Positions 37,638 through 48,628 are shown, numbered from the stretch's first letter. The stretch: DNA of 64,000 nucleotides from an uncultured Poribacteria bacterium (GCA_951828515.1 OX639992.1:1826008-1890007); one strand, 5' to 3'. The notes: generated by a model from the letters alone, not told the origin. Numbers and translations: made by a program.

Positions 37638-40430
37638 ATGTCAATTTCAAATAGTAAACAGTATTTCTGGTACATTGCCGCCATTTTATTTAGCATTGCA
37701 TCAGTGATACCAACGGCTGTCAGTGCAGACACACTCTCAGTCGTTGTTCAAGATCAGAATGGAAATGCTATATCAGAAGCAAAAGTACAAATTGGAAACC
37801 AAGAACAAACAACTGACGAATCAGGAACTGCCACGTTTAGCGATGTCACAGACGCACAGTCAGTGACTGTAATAGCAATCGGATTTTCGAGTAAACGCAT
37901 TAATACCACTGCCGGACAAACTGAAGCAATAGTCAATCTTGCTCCGATTCAAACGATTGAATCCGTTGTAGTCGTCGGGACCCGGAGTATAGGTAGGCGA
38001 GCTTTACAAGCCTCCGTTCCAATAGAAGTCGTTAACAGGGAACAACTCAGCCTTACCGGTCAATCTGAGACAGGGCGTGTGCTTCAGATGTTAGTCCCCT
38101 CCTTCAATTTCTCAAGTTCAAGCATTAGCGATGGCACAGATGCCCTGCGTCCAGCAACACTGCGTGGCTTGGGACCTGACCAGACGCTTGTGCTTGTCAA
38201 TGGTAAGCGTCGTCACAAAAGTGCGTTGTTGCACGTTAACACGTCGGTAGGACGTGGGACCGCTGGAACGGACTTCAATGCGATTCCATCCGCGGCGATA
38301 GAGCGTATTGAGGTACTTCGGGATGGCGCGGCGGCACAGTACGGCTCCGATGCTATCGCTGGTGTTATCAACATCGTGCTAAAAGATGACGTTGACACAG
38401 GCGATGCCGACATCTATTGGGGACAAACATACGAAGGCGATGGCGACACATGGAACGGTAACGCCAACTACGGCATGAAAGTCGGCGAATCCGGTTTCCT
38501 CAATCTCACCGCTGAATGGCGCGATAGAAAACGGACGAACCAGGCAGGTCTTACGGGCGAACGGCAGTATGACTGGATAGATGTCGACCAAGGCAGACCT
38601 CCGGATAAAATGCTTGAAATTGAAAATGATGATGGAACTGTAACCGAAAAACCGGTATGGTTTGACCCGCGCGAATACACTTTTGAACGGCAGAACTTCC
38701 GCATTGGAGATGCCGACTCTTCACAAAAAATTGGATTTTATAATTTTGGACTTCCACTCGCCGCGGGTTTAGAACTCTATTCTTTTGGTGGGCACTCTTC
38801 ACGCCAAAACAACAGTGCCGGTTTTTACCGCCGAGCCAACCAAGCATCACGGACTGTCACCGAAATCTATCCCGACGGGTTCCTACCGGAAATCAATACC
38901 GACGTTGGGGACACATCCATTGCCTTAGGTATAGCATGGACGCATGAAGCGACCGACCTGAATGTCGATGCCAGTATCAATCACGGCTTGAATACATTCG
39001 ACTTTTTGATTTCTAACTCACTGAATGCCTCCTATGGTGCGAGCAGTCCGACCTCCGCGGATGCGGGTGGATTTGAGCTTTCGCAAACGGTGTTTAACTT
39101 AGATGTCACCTATCCACTGGACTACCAATCCTCACTGATGAACCTCGCAGGCGGTGTCGAGTTCCGTCGAGAAGGTTACGGCATCCACGCTGGCGAACCG
39201 CTTTCATGGATTAACGCTGGACTTGGGGCACCGGGTGCCACTGGCGGTATCCAAGTATTCCCCGGTTTCCGACCCGATAACGAATTGGACGAAAGTCGAA
39301 CCAATATTGCAGGTTATGCTGATTTTGAATCCTATCTCAGTGGACAACCCGGAGCAGGTCTTCTTGTCGGGGCAGCGGTGCGCGGTGAGCAGTATAGCGA
39401 CTTCGGTACCACCGTCACAGGAAAAGCGACGGCTCGCTATGACTTGACGAAACAGATTGCGGTTCGTGCGGCGGGCAGCACAGGTTTCCGGGCACCTTCA
39501 CTGCATCAACTCTACTTCAATAACATCAGTACGCAATTCTTGGTAGATGCGACGGATCTTGATGGTGACGGCGATACAACCGAAGTGTTACCACGCGAAC
39601 TCGGCACGTTCCGTAACGACAGCGATGCTGCACGTGCACTCGGGATACCTGAACTCAAAGAGGAAACCGCATTTAACGTCTCCGGTGGTTTCGTGTTGAA
39701 ACCGCTTGAGAAGATGTGGCTCACAGTAGACGGTTTTCTCATCCAAATTGATGATCGCATCGTTCTGAGTGGTAGTTTCAGTGCCGATAAAATTCCAAGC
39801 CTCATCGCGGCAGGGGCAAGCAGCGCACAGGTGTTCACAAACGTCGCACAGACACGCACCCAAGGCGTGGATGTCGCAGCGGGTTATCTCCACGCTTTCG
39901 ACGATGAATCGCTTCTTAATCTGAAGGTTGCGTTCACATGGGCAGATACCGAAGTTATCGGTGCCGTGGATGCGCCAGAAATCCTCATCGGGCTTGAGGA
40001 GACCCTCTTCCCTTCACAGGATCGCTCCATGATTGAGGAGTGGCAGCCGAACACCCGAATCAACTTCAGTGCAGATTACATCATCGGCGATCTCACCATC
40101 GGTGGTGCTTTGCGCTACTTCGGGAGTTACACCGTCCAAGAGGGAAGTGGTGCCGATCCGGCACGGCAGACTTACGGCGGGAAATGGCTTACCGATGTCC
40201 AGAGCAACTATCAACTCAATGAAGGGCTTTCATTGACTATCGGCGTGAACAACTTATTTGACCAACTGCCCGATCTCAATGAAATCGGTCAGTCGCGGGC
40301 TGGAACATTAGAGGATAGCACAGGACATGTCATTGTGGACTCGCCTGGCGTTTTCACGTATTCCAGAAGGTCGGCACCTTTCGGTTTCAATGGCGGACTT
40401 TACTACGCGAAACTATCCTATAGTTTCTAA
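37638..40430 (+). CDS. TonB-dependent outer-membrane receptor with N-terminal carboxypeptidase-regulatory-like domain
   Basis: Signal peptide, then a CarbopepD_reg-like stretch (VVVQDQNGNAISEAKVQIGNQEQTTDESGTATF). Plug region with TonB box. C-terminal barrel ends YYAKLSYSF (terminal Phe). Confidence 0.85.
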   Translation: MSISNSKQYFWYIAAILFSIASVIPTAVSADTLSVVVQDQNGNAISEAKVQIGNQEQTTDESGTATFSDVTDAQSVTVIAIGFSSKRINTTAGQTEAIVNLAPIQTIESVVVVGTRSIGRRALQASVPIEVVNREQLSLTGQSETGRVLQMLVPSFNFSSSSISDGTDALRPATLRGLGPDQTLVLVNGKRRHKSALLHVNTSVGRGTAGTDFNAIPSAAIERIEVLRDGAAAQYGSDAIAGVINIVLKDDVDTGDADIYWGQTYEGDGDTWNGNANYGMKVGESGFLNLTAEWRDRKRTNQAGLTGERQYDWIDVDQGRPPDKMLEIENDDGTVTEKPVWFDPREYTFERQNFRIGDADSSQKIGFYNFGLPLAAGLELYSFGGHSSRQNNSAGFYRRANQASRTVTEIYPDGFLPEINTDVGDTSIALGIAWTHEATDLNVDASINHGLNTFDFLISNSLNASYGASSPTSADAGGFELSQTVFNLDVTYPLDYQSSLMNLAGGVEFRREGYGIHAGEPLSWINAGLGAPGATGGIQVFPGFRPDNELDESRTNIAGYADFESYLSGQPGAGLLVGAAVRGEQYSDFGTTVTGKATARYDLTKQIAVRAAGSTGFRAPSLHQLYFNNISTQFLVDATDLDGDGDTTEVLPRELGTFRNDSDAARALGIPELKEETAFNVSGGFVLKPLEKMWLTVDGFLIQIDDRIVLSGSFSADKIPSLIAAGASSAQVFTNVAQTRTQGVDVAAGYLHAFDDESLLNLKVAFTWADTEVIGAVDAPEILIGLEETLFPSQDRSMIEEWQPNTRINFSADYIIGDLTIGGALRYFGSYTVQEGSGADPARQTYGGKWLTDVQSNYQLNEGLSLTIGVNNLFDQLPDLNEIGQSRAGTLEDSTGHVIVDSPGVFTYSRRSAPFGFNGGLYYAKLSYSF

Positions 40431-40453
40431 GACATCTGTATAAAAATGTTTAC

Positions 40454-40511
40454 AGAGGACTCCTTTTAGTAAAAGTCTCTTACTTTAGGACTACAAGGAG
40501 TCCTCTTTTTA
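40454..40511 (+). terminator. rho-independent terminator (12-bp stem AGAGGACTCCTT/AAGGAGTCCTCT, long loop, T5)
   Basis: The inverted repeat lies 24 nt after the stop of the first TonB receptor gene and is followed by TTTTT. Confidence 0.6.
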
Positions 40512-40569
40512 ATCGCATTATTGTTCAATTTCGCATATTGGACTTATCTATACTAAAAGAATCCTCATA

Positions 40570-43368
40570 ATGTTAATTTTAAGCAATATACGTTACTTCT
40601 GGCACATCGCCATCATTTTATTCGGCATCACATTGATGATACCGATGGCAGCCAATGCCGATATACTTAAAGTAGTCGTTCAAGATCAAAATCGGAAGGC
40701 TGTTCCAGAAGCAAAAATTCAGGTTGGCAATCAAGAACAAACAACAGATGACTTTGGGACCGCCACTTTTAGCGATATAGCAGATGCAGAATCGCTAACT
40801 GTAACAGCAATTGGATTTCTGAAAAAACGAATTAATATCATTTCGGGGCAAACCGAGACCACAGTAATACTGGCTCCCATCCAAACGATTGAATCTGTTG
40901 TAGTCGTTGGAACTCGGAGTATGAGCAGACGAGCTCTGCAGGCTCCTGTCCCGATAGAAGTCGTTAACAGGGAACAACTCAACCTTACGGGTCAATCTGA
41001 AACGGGTCGTGTGCTTCAGATGTTAGTACCCTCCTTCAACTTCCCAAGTTCAACCATTAGTGATGGCACTGACGCGTTGAGACCCGCGACTTTGCGGGGT
41101 TTGGGACCTGATCAGGTGTTGGTACTGATCAATGGTAAACGTCGCCACAAAAGTGCGTTACTTCACGTAAACAGTTCGGTCGGTCGTGGCACTGCCGGCA
41201 CAGACTTCAACGCGATTCCTGCCGCGGCGATAGAACGTATTGAAGTACTCCGAGATGGTGCAGCGGCACAGTACGGCTCCGATGCCATCGCTGGTGTTAT
41301 CAACATTGTGCTGAAGAACGATGTCGATAAAGGCGATGCTAACATTTATTGGGGACAAACTTATGAAGGTGACGGAGATACGTGGAGTGGAAATGTGAGC
41401 TACGGAACGAAAGTAGGAGATTCCGGCTTTCTCAACTTAACAGCGGAATGGCGTGAACGTTATCGGGCAAATCGCGCTGGACTCACCGGGACGCGACAAT
41501 ACGATTGGGTAGAAGCGAATCAAGGCAGAGCACCTGATGCTATACTTGAGGTAAAGGATACAAATGGTAATGTGACAGGTGAAAAACGGGTCTGGTTTGC
41601 CCCACGCGAATATCATTTCAATCGGAAAAATCTCCGGGTCGGGGATTCTGACGCCTCACAAAAGGTTGGGGTTTACAATTTTGGCTTGCCGCTGACGGAA
41701 GGATTAGAGTTATATTCATTCGGTGGTTATTCCACGCGCCAAAACAACAGCTCAGGTTTTTATCGCAATGCCAAAGATGTTAGCCGTAACGTGAAAGCGA
41801 TCTATCCAGATGGTTTTCTCCCCGAAATTAACACAATGATTGAAGATGTATCCATTGCTTTGGGAATGGCTTGGAACCACACCTCAACAGATTTGAATGT
41901 TGATGTCAGTATCAATCACGGTCTGAATACGTTTGACTTTTTCGTTTCTAACTCTCTGAATGCATCCTATGGGGCTGCGAGTCCAACTGTCGCTGATTCC
42001 GGTGGCTTTCGACTCGATCAAACCGCTTTTAATGTAGATGCCACCTATCCGCTTATGTATCAGTCTTCACTGGTGAACCTCGCAGGGGGTGTCGAACTCC
42101 GTAGGGAAGGCTACGGTATTCGAGCGGGTGAACCTGTTTCTTGGCTCAACGCAGGTCTCGGTGCAGAAGGTGCCGCTGGCGGTATTCAGGTATTTCCCGG
42201 CTTCCGACCGGACAATGAAGTCGACGAAAGCCGAACCAATATTGCAGGCTATGCGGACTTCGAATCCTACTTAAGTGGCCAACCCGGAACAGGTCTTCTC
42301 GTCGGTGCTGCAGTGCGTGGGGAACAGTATAGCGATTTCGGTGCAACTGTCACAGGCAAAGCGACAACCCGCTACGAGCTGACAGAACAGGTTGCGGTCC
42401 GCGCTGCAGGTAGCACAGGTTTCCGAGCCCCTCTACTCCAACAACTCTATTTTAACAACATTAGCACACAATTCAAGGCGGACAATAACGATGCTGACGG
42501 CGATGGGGACACAACAGAACTACTGCCTTTCGAGATAGGGACATTTCGGAATGATAGTGCCACGGCGCGCACGCTCAACATTCCAGAGCTCAAAGAGGAA
42601 ACCTCCGTCAATGTTTCAGGCGGCATTGTGGTCAAACCCATTCAAAATCTATGGCTGACGCTTGATGCCTTTCAGATTCATATTGATGATCGGATTGTGC
42701 TGAGTGGAAGTTTCAAGGCTGATGCTGTCCCTGTCTTAGCACAAGCGGGTGTTAACCAAGCACAAGTCTTTACAAATGTCGGACAAACACGCACCCGTGG
42801 TATCGACATAGCTGCAGGTTACCTACATGCTTTCGACAACGAATCCATCCTGAATTTCAAGTTCGCGGCAACGTGGACGGACACTGAAGTTATTGGCGAT
42901 GTGGAAGTTCCCGGTCCTATTCTGATTGGCTTTGAGGAAATCCTTTTTCCGGAACGAGAACGCTCCATCATTGAGGAATGGCAACCGAACACGCGCATAA
43001 ATTTCACAGCAGATTATATTATTGGTCCCCTCAAGCTTGGATCTGCTTTACGCTACTTCGGAAGTTACACCGTTCAAGAAGGAAGCGGAGAGAGTGCGCA
43101 GCGACAAACCTATAGTGGAAAATGGCTCACTGATATCCAAGGGATATATCAACTCAGCAACTCTTTAGCACTGACGTTAGGGATAAACAATTTTCTTAGT
43201 CAACTACCTGACCTGAATGAGGTGGGACAAGCGCGTGGTGGCACCCTCATAGATAGTACTGGAACAGTTATTGCGGATTCACCAGGCGTTTTCACGTATG
43301 ACCGTAGGGCTGTCCCTTTCGGTTTTAACGGTGGATTTTACTACGCGAAGGTATCCTACAGTTTTTAA
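40570..43368 (+). CDS. TonB-dependent outer-membrane receptor (tandem paralog of 37638..40430)
   Basis: About 70% identical along its length to the upstream receptor, with the same domain order. It ends YYAKVSYSF. Confidence 0.85.
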   Translation: MLILSNIRYFWHIAIILFGITLMIPMAANADILKVVVQDQNRKAVPEAKIQVGNQEQTTDDFGTATFSDIADAESLTVTAIGFLKKRINIISGQTETTVILAPIQTIESVVVVGTRSMSRRALQAPVPIEVVNREQLNLTGQSETGRVLQMLVPSFNFPSSTISDGTDALRPATLRGLGPDQVLVLINGKRRHKSALLHVNSSVGRGTAGTDFNAIPAAAIERIEVLRDGAAAQYGSDAIAGVINIVLKNDVDKGDANIYWGQTYEGDGDTWSGNVSYGTKVGDSGFLNLTAEWRERYRANRAGLTGTRQYDWVEANQGRAPDAILEVKDTNGNVTGEKRVWFAPREYHFNRKNLRVGDSDASQKVGVYNFGLPLTEGLELYSFGGYSTRQNNSSGFYRNAKDVSRNVKAIYPDGFLPEINTMIEDVSIALGMAWNHTSTDLNVDVSINHGLNTFDFFVSNSLNASYGAASPTVADSGGFRLDQTAFNVDATYPLMYQSSLVNLAGGVELRREGYGIRAGEPVSWLNAGLGAEGAAGGIQVFPGFRPDNEVDESRTNIAGYADFESYLSGQPGTGLLVGAAVRGEQYSDFGATVTGKATTRYELTEQVAVRAAGSTGFRAPLLQQLYFNNISTQFKADNNDADGDGDTTELLPFEIGTFRNDSATARTLNIPELKEETSVNVSGGIVVKPIQNLWLTLDAFQIHIDDRIVLSGSFKADAVPVLAQAGVNQAQVFTNVGQTRTRGIDIAAGYLHAFDNESILNFKFAATWTDTEVIGDVEVPGPILIGFEEILFPERERSIIEEWQPNTRINFTADYIIGPLKLGSALRYFGSYTVQEGSGESAQRQTYSGKWLTDIQGIYQLSNSLALTLGINNFLSQLPDLNEVGQARGGTLIDSTGTVIADSPGVFTYDRRAVPFGFNGGFYYAKVSYSF

Positions 43369-43520
43369 CGGTTGCTAAAATCCAAAAGAGGCAGGCATGG
43401 TTGAAAACCGCGTCTTTTTGCATATTAAAATTATTAAGTTTTCCCGTAGGAGCAATCCTCGAATCGCAACTTCTTTAATAGAAGCGACAGAAAACTGAAA
43501 ACAGAACGATCCCCGTGAAG

Positions 43521-45422
43521 TTATGTGATGTTTTCAGCAAAACTCTCAGCAGATGGCCATATTGAGCAAAAATAGGAGAATAAGTTTTCCGTGCGCTGAC
43601 TAATTTGCGGTGAATCCCAGATACTATGTTGACAAATTTCCTTATTCATCACCAAAAGGGAATTTTGAAATAAAGATGTTTTCTTCTCAGGAAACGGATC
43701 GTTTGACATACTGGAATTGTGCCTACCTGTGACAAGCGTCAGGTTTCCTATGCTTTGTAGGAAATTACTTCTTAGATTTGCCAATGCAAATGATAGTTTA
43801 TACGATTCATTAATTAACCCATTTTCAGACGGTTCGGTTTCCCATTCTGGGTTATTCGCGCGGTATTCACTCCGAAACAGGTCTTTATAATAAATCCTGT
43901 CTTTGGACTCAAAAACAAGTTTATCATCCCCTTTTATACCCAGTGGTAAAGACCAAGTTCTCTGCCATTTCTCAGGCATTATATGCTCAAGGCTAAGCTT
44001 ATTGTCAAAAACCAACGTACCAGTCTCAAGAAACCGGTTCTCTTCCCGCTTCATTAGTTCAATTCGATACAAAATGTAACGAATGACGTTTTTGTTTACA
44101 CCATAGGGAACAGGTCCTAACGTCAAAAAAGTTTTAACTTCAGAATCAGTCGGCCACTTAGTCGCGTTTGCCGTTTCATCAGATAATAGGCTTATGAAGT
44201 TTCCTAAGTTGAAGTTTCGTCCCTTCAGCCTCCGAATTAAGCGAGAAAAGAATTGGGTATAACTCTGAGTACCTCGTTTGATACACAGCAAACGACGCAT
44301 TGTATAAGACTCCAAAATATGTAGGACTTTGGAAAATTCTGGGCCGGATACCTTCAATTCATTTATTATAAATAGTATAAATGGGTGTACGGTTGCAATA
44401 TCAAATATTTCGTAAAACAACATCGCTCTTCCAATTTCTGAATCGAGGCTACAATTTGTCATTTCTTGATAAACTTCTGAATATCTTTTCAGTTCGGAGA
44501 GCTCATATTCAATTCTATTGTTTACCGCAAGATTTCTCTGATATACATTAAACAGAGGCGTAACATTCTCCGCGCCTAGCTTTGCCATGACAAAGTGTTG
44601 GAAAAAGAGTTCAGATAACGCTATTTTCGTTCGCGCGACCGTTCTTTCTGTTTCCCAATAAGGAGTCTCAAAATGATTCCAATAATCTCTATATAACCTA
44701 TCTCTATCCTCTTCAATCCGAGCCCTCAGAAATAGATTGTTCCTGAGCAAATCAAATTGGAGTAGAGGTTTACCCCTTGCATTGAGCGACTCAAAAATTT
44801 TTTCAGGCTCGTCATTTGAACCAAGCAATATCTGGACGAACCCAAAGTCACGTTGGATAGAACGAAATAGCCTTCGAGTTTTTTGCTCATCACGGTCAAC
44901 ATAATTTTCAATTTTATTCTTGAAATAACCATAGGCTTCGTGCATAGTCTGGGGACCACTATCTGCACTTTTATCAATTAATGAAATGAATGCATCCTTG
45001 TCAAAATCTGTTGGGATAAGTTTGTACTGTTGTTCATCGTTTGAGTCGTAACCTTCATTCCGTAGGTACCGTTCGGTTTGAATCTTAATCTTTTTAAACC
45101 CATACGATTTACAAATATCTCTAAGGGCACAGAGGATGATTTGAAAGGTCGTTAAGCGTTGCTGTCCATCGATAATTTCATACTGTTTTACTTCATCCAC
45201 GTTGCTCGTTTTTTGCTGTATGACGATAGCACCCGTAAAGTGAGGAGAATGCTGCCCTTGGTGTTCATCTGAGAGTTTCTGACGAATTTTCCCCATTATA
45301 TCATCCCATAAAGGTTCCCATTGATCATCCAGAGTCCAGACGTAATGGCGTTGAAAGAGAGGAATTATGAACTGAGTTTCGCCACTAAATAAAGCATCTA
45401 CATCCACACTCGTTGTATCCAT
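43521..45422 (-). CDS. GmrSD-like DUF262/DUF1524 protein (type IV modification-dependent restriction endonuclease family)
   Basis: N-terminal IPLFQRHYVW and IIDGQQRLTT (the DGQQR ParB-like NTPase motif of DUF262). C-terminal LEHIMPEKW His-Me/HNH-like DUF1524 motif. 633 aa with an AAGGAG RBS. Confidence 0.75.
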   Translation of the reverse strand: MDTTSVDVDALFSGETQFIIPLFQRHYVWTLDDQWEPLWDDIMGKIRQKLSDEHQGQHSPHFTGAIVIQQKTSNVDEVKQYEIIDGQQRLTTFQIILCALRDICKSYGFKKIKIQTERYLRNEGYDSNDEQQYKLIPTDFDKDAFISLIDKSADSGPQTMHEAYGYFKNKIENYVDRDEQKTRRLFRSIQRDFGFVQILLGSNDEPEKIFESLNARGKPLLQFDLLRNNLFLRARIEEDRDRLYRDYWNHFETPYWETERTVARTKIALSELFFQHFVMAKLGAENVTPLFNVYQRNLAVNNRIEYELSELKRYSEVYQEMTNCSLDSEIGRAMLFYEIFDIATVHPFILFIINELKVSGPEFSKVLHILESYTMRRLLCIKRGTQSYTQFFSRLIRRLKGRNFNLGNFISLLSDETANATKWPTDSEVKTFLTLGPVPYGVNKNVIRYILYRIELMKREENRFLETGTLVFDNKLSLEHIMPEKWQRTWSLPLGIKGDDKLVFESKDRIYYKDLFRSEYRANNPEWETEPSENGLINESYKLSFALANLRSNFLQSIGNLTLVTGRHNSSMSNDPFPEKKTSLFQNSLLVMNKEICQHSIWDSPQISQRTENLFSYFCSIWPSAESFAENIT

Positions 45423-45766
45423 ATCTAAACTCTCCTTACATGTTATGACCTATCTAAAGATTGCCGAAATGCCACAAAATCCACTTTCTTATGGGAGCGA
45501 ACAAGGCCACAAGAATAGTTAAATTATTAATATTACATTGTGTCAGATTCCAAAAATGTTGTCAAATGAAATCCCATAGTCATCCAGTTCACCTATAAAA
45601 ACAACACCCGTATCTTGCCATACCCATAGTAGGAATGATTCCTCAATAGCACCTTTTTCATAGAAAGGGCGGAAAATCGAATGATTTCGTTTGGATATTT
45701 CTATTGCACCTATTTGGACAATATGCTAAATTGGAACGAGATTTGAATCTAAAGGAGAGTTATTGA

Positions 45767-46330
45767 ATGCATCGACATCTCTTAATCGTTTGTGCGACGT
45801 TACTTTTTATAGGTGCCATTATTGCGCTGAGCATCAACTCTGTTGAAAGCCAGAGTGATATGGTGCAGCGCGGGAAATACCTCGTGGACACGGTGGGTGC
45901 GTGCGGACATTGTCACACACCACGCGCCGGTGCTGAATATAATATGGACATGTATCTCGCCGGACATCCAGCGAACGCGCCTTACCCACGCTACAATTTC
46001 AGCATGATGCAACAGGGCATCTTCATCCTGACATCAACACAAATGACAGCATTCTCCGGTCCGTTCGGAACGAGTTTCTCATCAAACTTGACCCCGGACA
46101 AAGAAACCGGATTGGGCGAATGGACAGAGAAAATGTTCATCCAAGCGATGCGTACTGGACTCCATCAAGGCATAGAAGGCAATCGGAAGATATTTCCACC
46201 GATGCCGACGAAACACTACGCCCAAATGAACGATGAAGACTTAAAAGCAATCTGGGCGTATCTCAGGACAACTAAGCCTGTTAAAAACGAAGTGAGTTCG
46301 CCGTTGAATTCACGGGGACGACCGTATTAG
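45767..46330 (+). CDS. c-type cytochrome (single CxxCH), membrane-anchored
   Basis: N-terminal hydrophobic anchor; GACGHCHTPR heme-binding motif; distal Met candidates. AAGGAG RBS. Confidence 0.6.
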   Translation: MHRHLLIVCATLLFIGAIIALSINSVESQSDMVQRGKYLVDTVGACGHCHTPRAGAEYNMDMYLAGHPANAPYPRYNFSMMQQGIFILTSTQMTAFSGPFGTSFSSNLTPDKETGLGEWTEKMFIQAMRTGLHQGIEGNRKIFPPMPTKHYAQMNDEDLKAIWAYLRTTKPVKNEVSSPLNSRGRPY

Positions 46331-46478
46331 TTAGCCGTCAGCCATCAGGGCGTTCCGCTGCGCTCCACTCTCGGGTGTCAGCAATCCATTTATGGTATTT
46401 TAAGATTCTGACTGCCACACGTCCCGCTGAACGCTAACACCTACGTCGGGGCAACTCAAAAATTCGGAGACACACTTT

Positions 46479-47714
46479 ATGGTATTAGAAAAAAAATCAG
46501 TACGAATCGCCGTTGTCGGTATGGGTATAGGCAAACCCAATGGGACGGCACTCGCCAGCAATCCACGAGGCAATGTTGTCGCACTCTGCGATTTGCTTGA
46601 AGATCGGATGAAAGACTTCGCCAAAGATTTACCGGGCGAGGTCAAATTCTATACAGATTATAAAGAGATGTGCAAAGCCAGCGACATCGACGCAGTATTT
46701 GTTGGCACACCGAACCAGTGGCATGTGCCGATAGCATTAGAAGCGGTGCGGAACGGCAAACACGTCATGGTAACGAAACCACTCGCCGATTCTGAGGAAG
46801 CGGCGCAAAAACTTGTCGCGGAAGCGGAAGACGCAGGCGTTGTCAATATGATGTCGCTCTCTACGCGCTTCGGAGATACTTGCCAACACCTCGGCACCCT
46901 CGCACGCGATAATTATTTTGGTGAACTCTACTATGCCCGTGCGCGGAGTGTGCGTCGCAACGGTATCCCGGCATGGAATCTCGGCTTTATCAAGAAGGGA
47001 GGCGGTGCGTTTCGTGATATGGGTGTCCACGTTCTCGATTCAGCGTGGTGGATTCTCGGATTGCCGAAACCGGTCGCAGTGCTCGGTGCCGCCGGTGCGA
47101 AATTTGGGCCGCGGGGACGCGGCTACTGGAATCGCAGTCAACCGCCACAGGAGACCTACGAGCAGTACGAGTCAGATGACTACGCAGGTGGTTTCATTAC
47201 CTTTGAAAACGGGCTCGGTTTACAGGTGGAAAGTTTCTGGGCATCACACCAACCTGATGAATTCCAGATAGAACTCTTTGGCACAGAAGCCGGCGCGACG
47301 ATGAGTCCCTTACGACTCTACCGCACGGACGAATCGGGCACGTCTGAGGATATAAACGTCAATCTACCACCGGGTAAATACAGTAACTCATGGGATGCGA
47401 TCGCCGATCACTTCATCGCATGCATCTTAGACGACGTAAAGTGCCAGGCACCGCTCCGCCACGGATTGATTGTTCAACAGATGATGGAAGGGTTGCTCAA
47501 AAGTGCTGAGACGGGACGTGAAGTCCAGATTGAAGAAATTGGAGACCAACCAAAGCGTGGAAATACAAAAATGTCCGTGCCGAAAGTCAAAGAACTGCGC
47601 CGATTGCGCGACGAAGAAAATTGGACCTACGACGAGCTTGCTCAGAAGTTCGGCATAAGTGATACCTGTGCATGGAATATCTACCAGCGAAATACATGGA
47701 AACACGTGAAGTAG
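46479..47714 (+). CDS. Gfo/Idh/MocA family oxidoreductase with C-terminal HTH-like extension
   Basis: RIAVVGMGIG Rossmann start with the family-typical core. An extra ~50 aa C-terminal tail reads VKELRRLRDEENWTYDELAQKFGISDTCAWNI, which resembles a sigma-r4/resolvase-type helix-turn-helix. Confidence 0.7.
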   Translation: MVLEKKSVRIAVVGMGIGKPNGTALASNPRGNVVALCDLLEDRMKDFAKDLPGEVKFYTDYKEMCKASDIDAVFVGTPNQWHVPIALEAVRNGKHVMVTKPLADSEEAAQKLVAEAEDAGVVNMMSLSTRFGDTCQHLGTLARDNYFGELYYARARSVRRNGIPAWNLGFIKKGGGAFRDMGVHVLDSAWWILGLPKPVAVLGAAGAKFGPRGRGYWNRSQPPQETYEQYESDDYAGGFITFENGLGLQVESFWASHQPDEFQIELFGTEAGATMSPLRLYRTDESGTSEDINVNLPPGKYSNSWDAIADHFIACILDDVKCQAPLRHGLIVQQMMEGLLKSAETGREVQIEEIGDQPKRGNTKMSVPKVKELRRLRDEENWTYDELAQKFGISDTCAWNIYQRNTWKHVK

Positions 47715-47752
47715 TAGAATCCTATATTGAAGACGCTGGAGAGGTTTAAAAA

Positions 47753-48475
47753 ATGACCTTCGACCTAACAACGCTTCGCGACGATTTTGCAAGAAACGGT
47801 TTCGCTATTACACCGAATCTGTTTACGCGGAGTGAAGTTCAACATCTCAAATTAGAGTGTATTGACCTTCTCGAAGCCGTTAAGGCAGAAACAGGTGCAG
47901 CCGCTGGACACGGTGTGTATGTCGGTTTAGCTGCGCGAAGCCCCGTTTTCCAAGCGGCAGTCGGTGATGCGCGGATACTCGATATTTTAGAAGGCATCCT
48001 CGCACCGGATATTGAGTTCCTGAGCGATAAGATGGTTTTCAAAAGTGAGACGACGACTTTCGCCAGCCCTTGGCACCAAGACTGGTCGTATTGGTATGGC
48101 GCACACAAGCTCTCGATCTGGGTCGCCCTCGACGATGCGACTGTCGAAAACGGGTGTCTCAAACTCTTTCCGGGTTCCCATAAATCCGCTATTGTCCACG
48201 ATGGTGATGCCAGTGATGGCAATGGGTTCGGGAATCGACTCCGTCCGGGGGCAGTTGATGAAAGTCGCGCTGTTACCGCGGAGGTCGAAGCAGGGGGTGC
48301 CGTCTTTTTTCACGATTTGACGCTTCACTCCAGCCATCCCAACATATCCGGCGAAGAACGCTGGGTTTGGATCCCCACATATCGCGACGCGAACGCGGAG
48401 GACACCGATTATCCGTGGGCTGTTGCTGCGAAAGTTTTAAGGGGCGAAAAATTAAGGGAACGGATGGAAGGATAG
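47753..48475 (+). CDS. phytanoyl-CoA dioxygenase (PhyH) family Fe(II)/2OG oxygenase
   Basis: WHQDWSYW (HxD) ... LHSSHPN distal His; 240 aa. Confidence 0.75.
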   Translation: MTFDLTTLRDDFARNGFAITPNLFTRSEVQHLKLECIDLLEAVKAETGAAAGHGVYVGLAARSPVFQAAVGDARILDILEGILAPDIEFLSDKMVFKSETTTFASPWHQDWSYWYGAHKLSIWVALDDATVENGCLKLFPGSHKSAIVHDGDASDGNGFGNRLRPGAVDESRAVTAEVEAGGAVFFHDLTLHSSHPNISGEERWVWIPTYRDANAEDTDYPWAVAAKVLRGEKLRERMEG

Positions 48476-48514
48476 AAGAATGGAAGGCTGGGAAGAGTGG
48501 AAGGGGAAGAGATC

Positions 48515-48557
48515 GTCTGAATCAGGATTTTCAGGATTCAAGGATGTTCAGGATTAG
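48515..48557 (+). promoter_or_regulatory. CAGGATT-array repeat copy 2, intergenic upstream of sugar-phosphate isomerase gene
   Basis: Same 44-bp element, in the same orientation as the flanking genes. Confidence 0.4.
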
Positions 48558-48628
48558 GAAGTGCCAGCGCGATTCTTGGGACAACCAAGAATTTTCGCTT
48601 ATTCCGACTCACAACTATAGGAGAAGTT

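Noticed and set aside
43369-43440. Possible terminator after second TonB receptor
   Set aside because: No convincing GC-rich stem followed by a T-tract could be drawn, only a short TTTTTG run.
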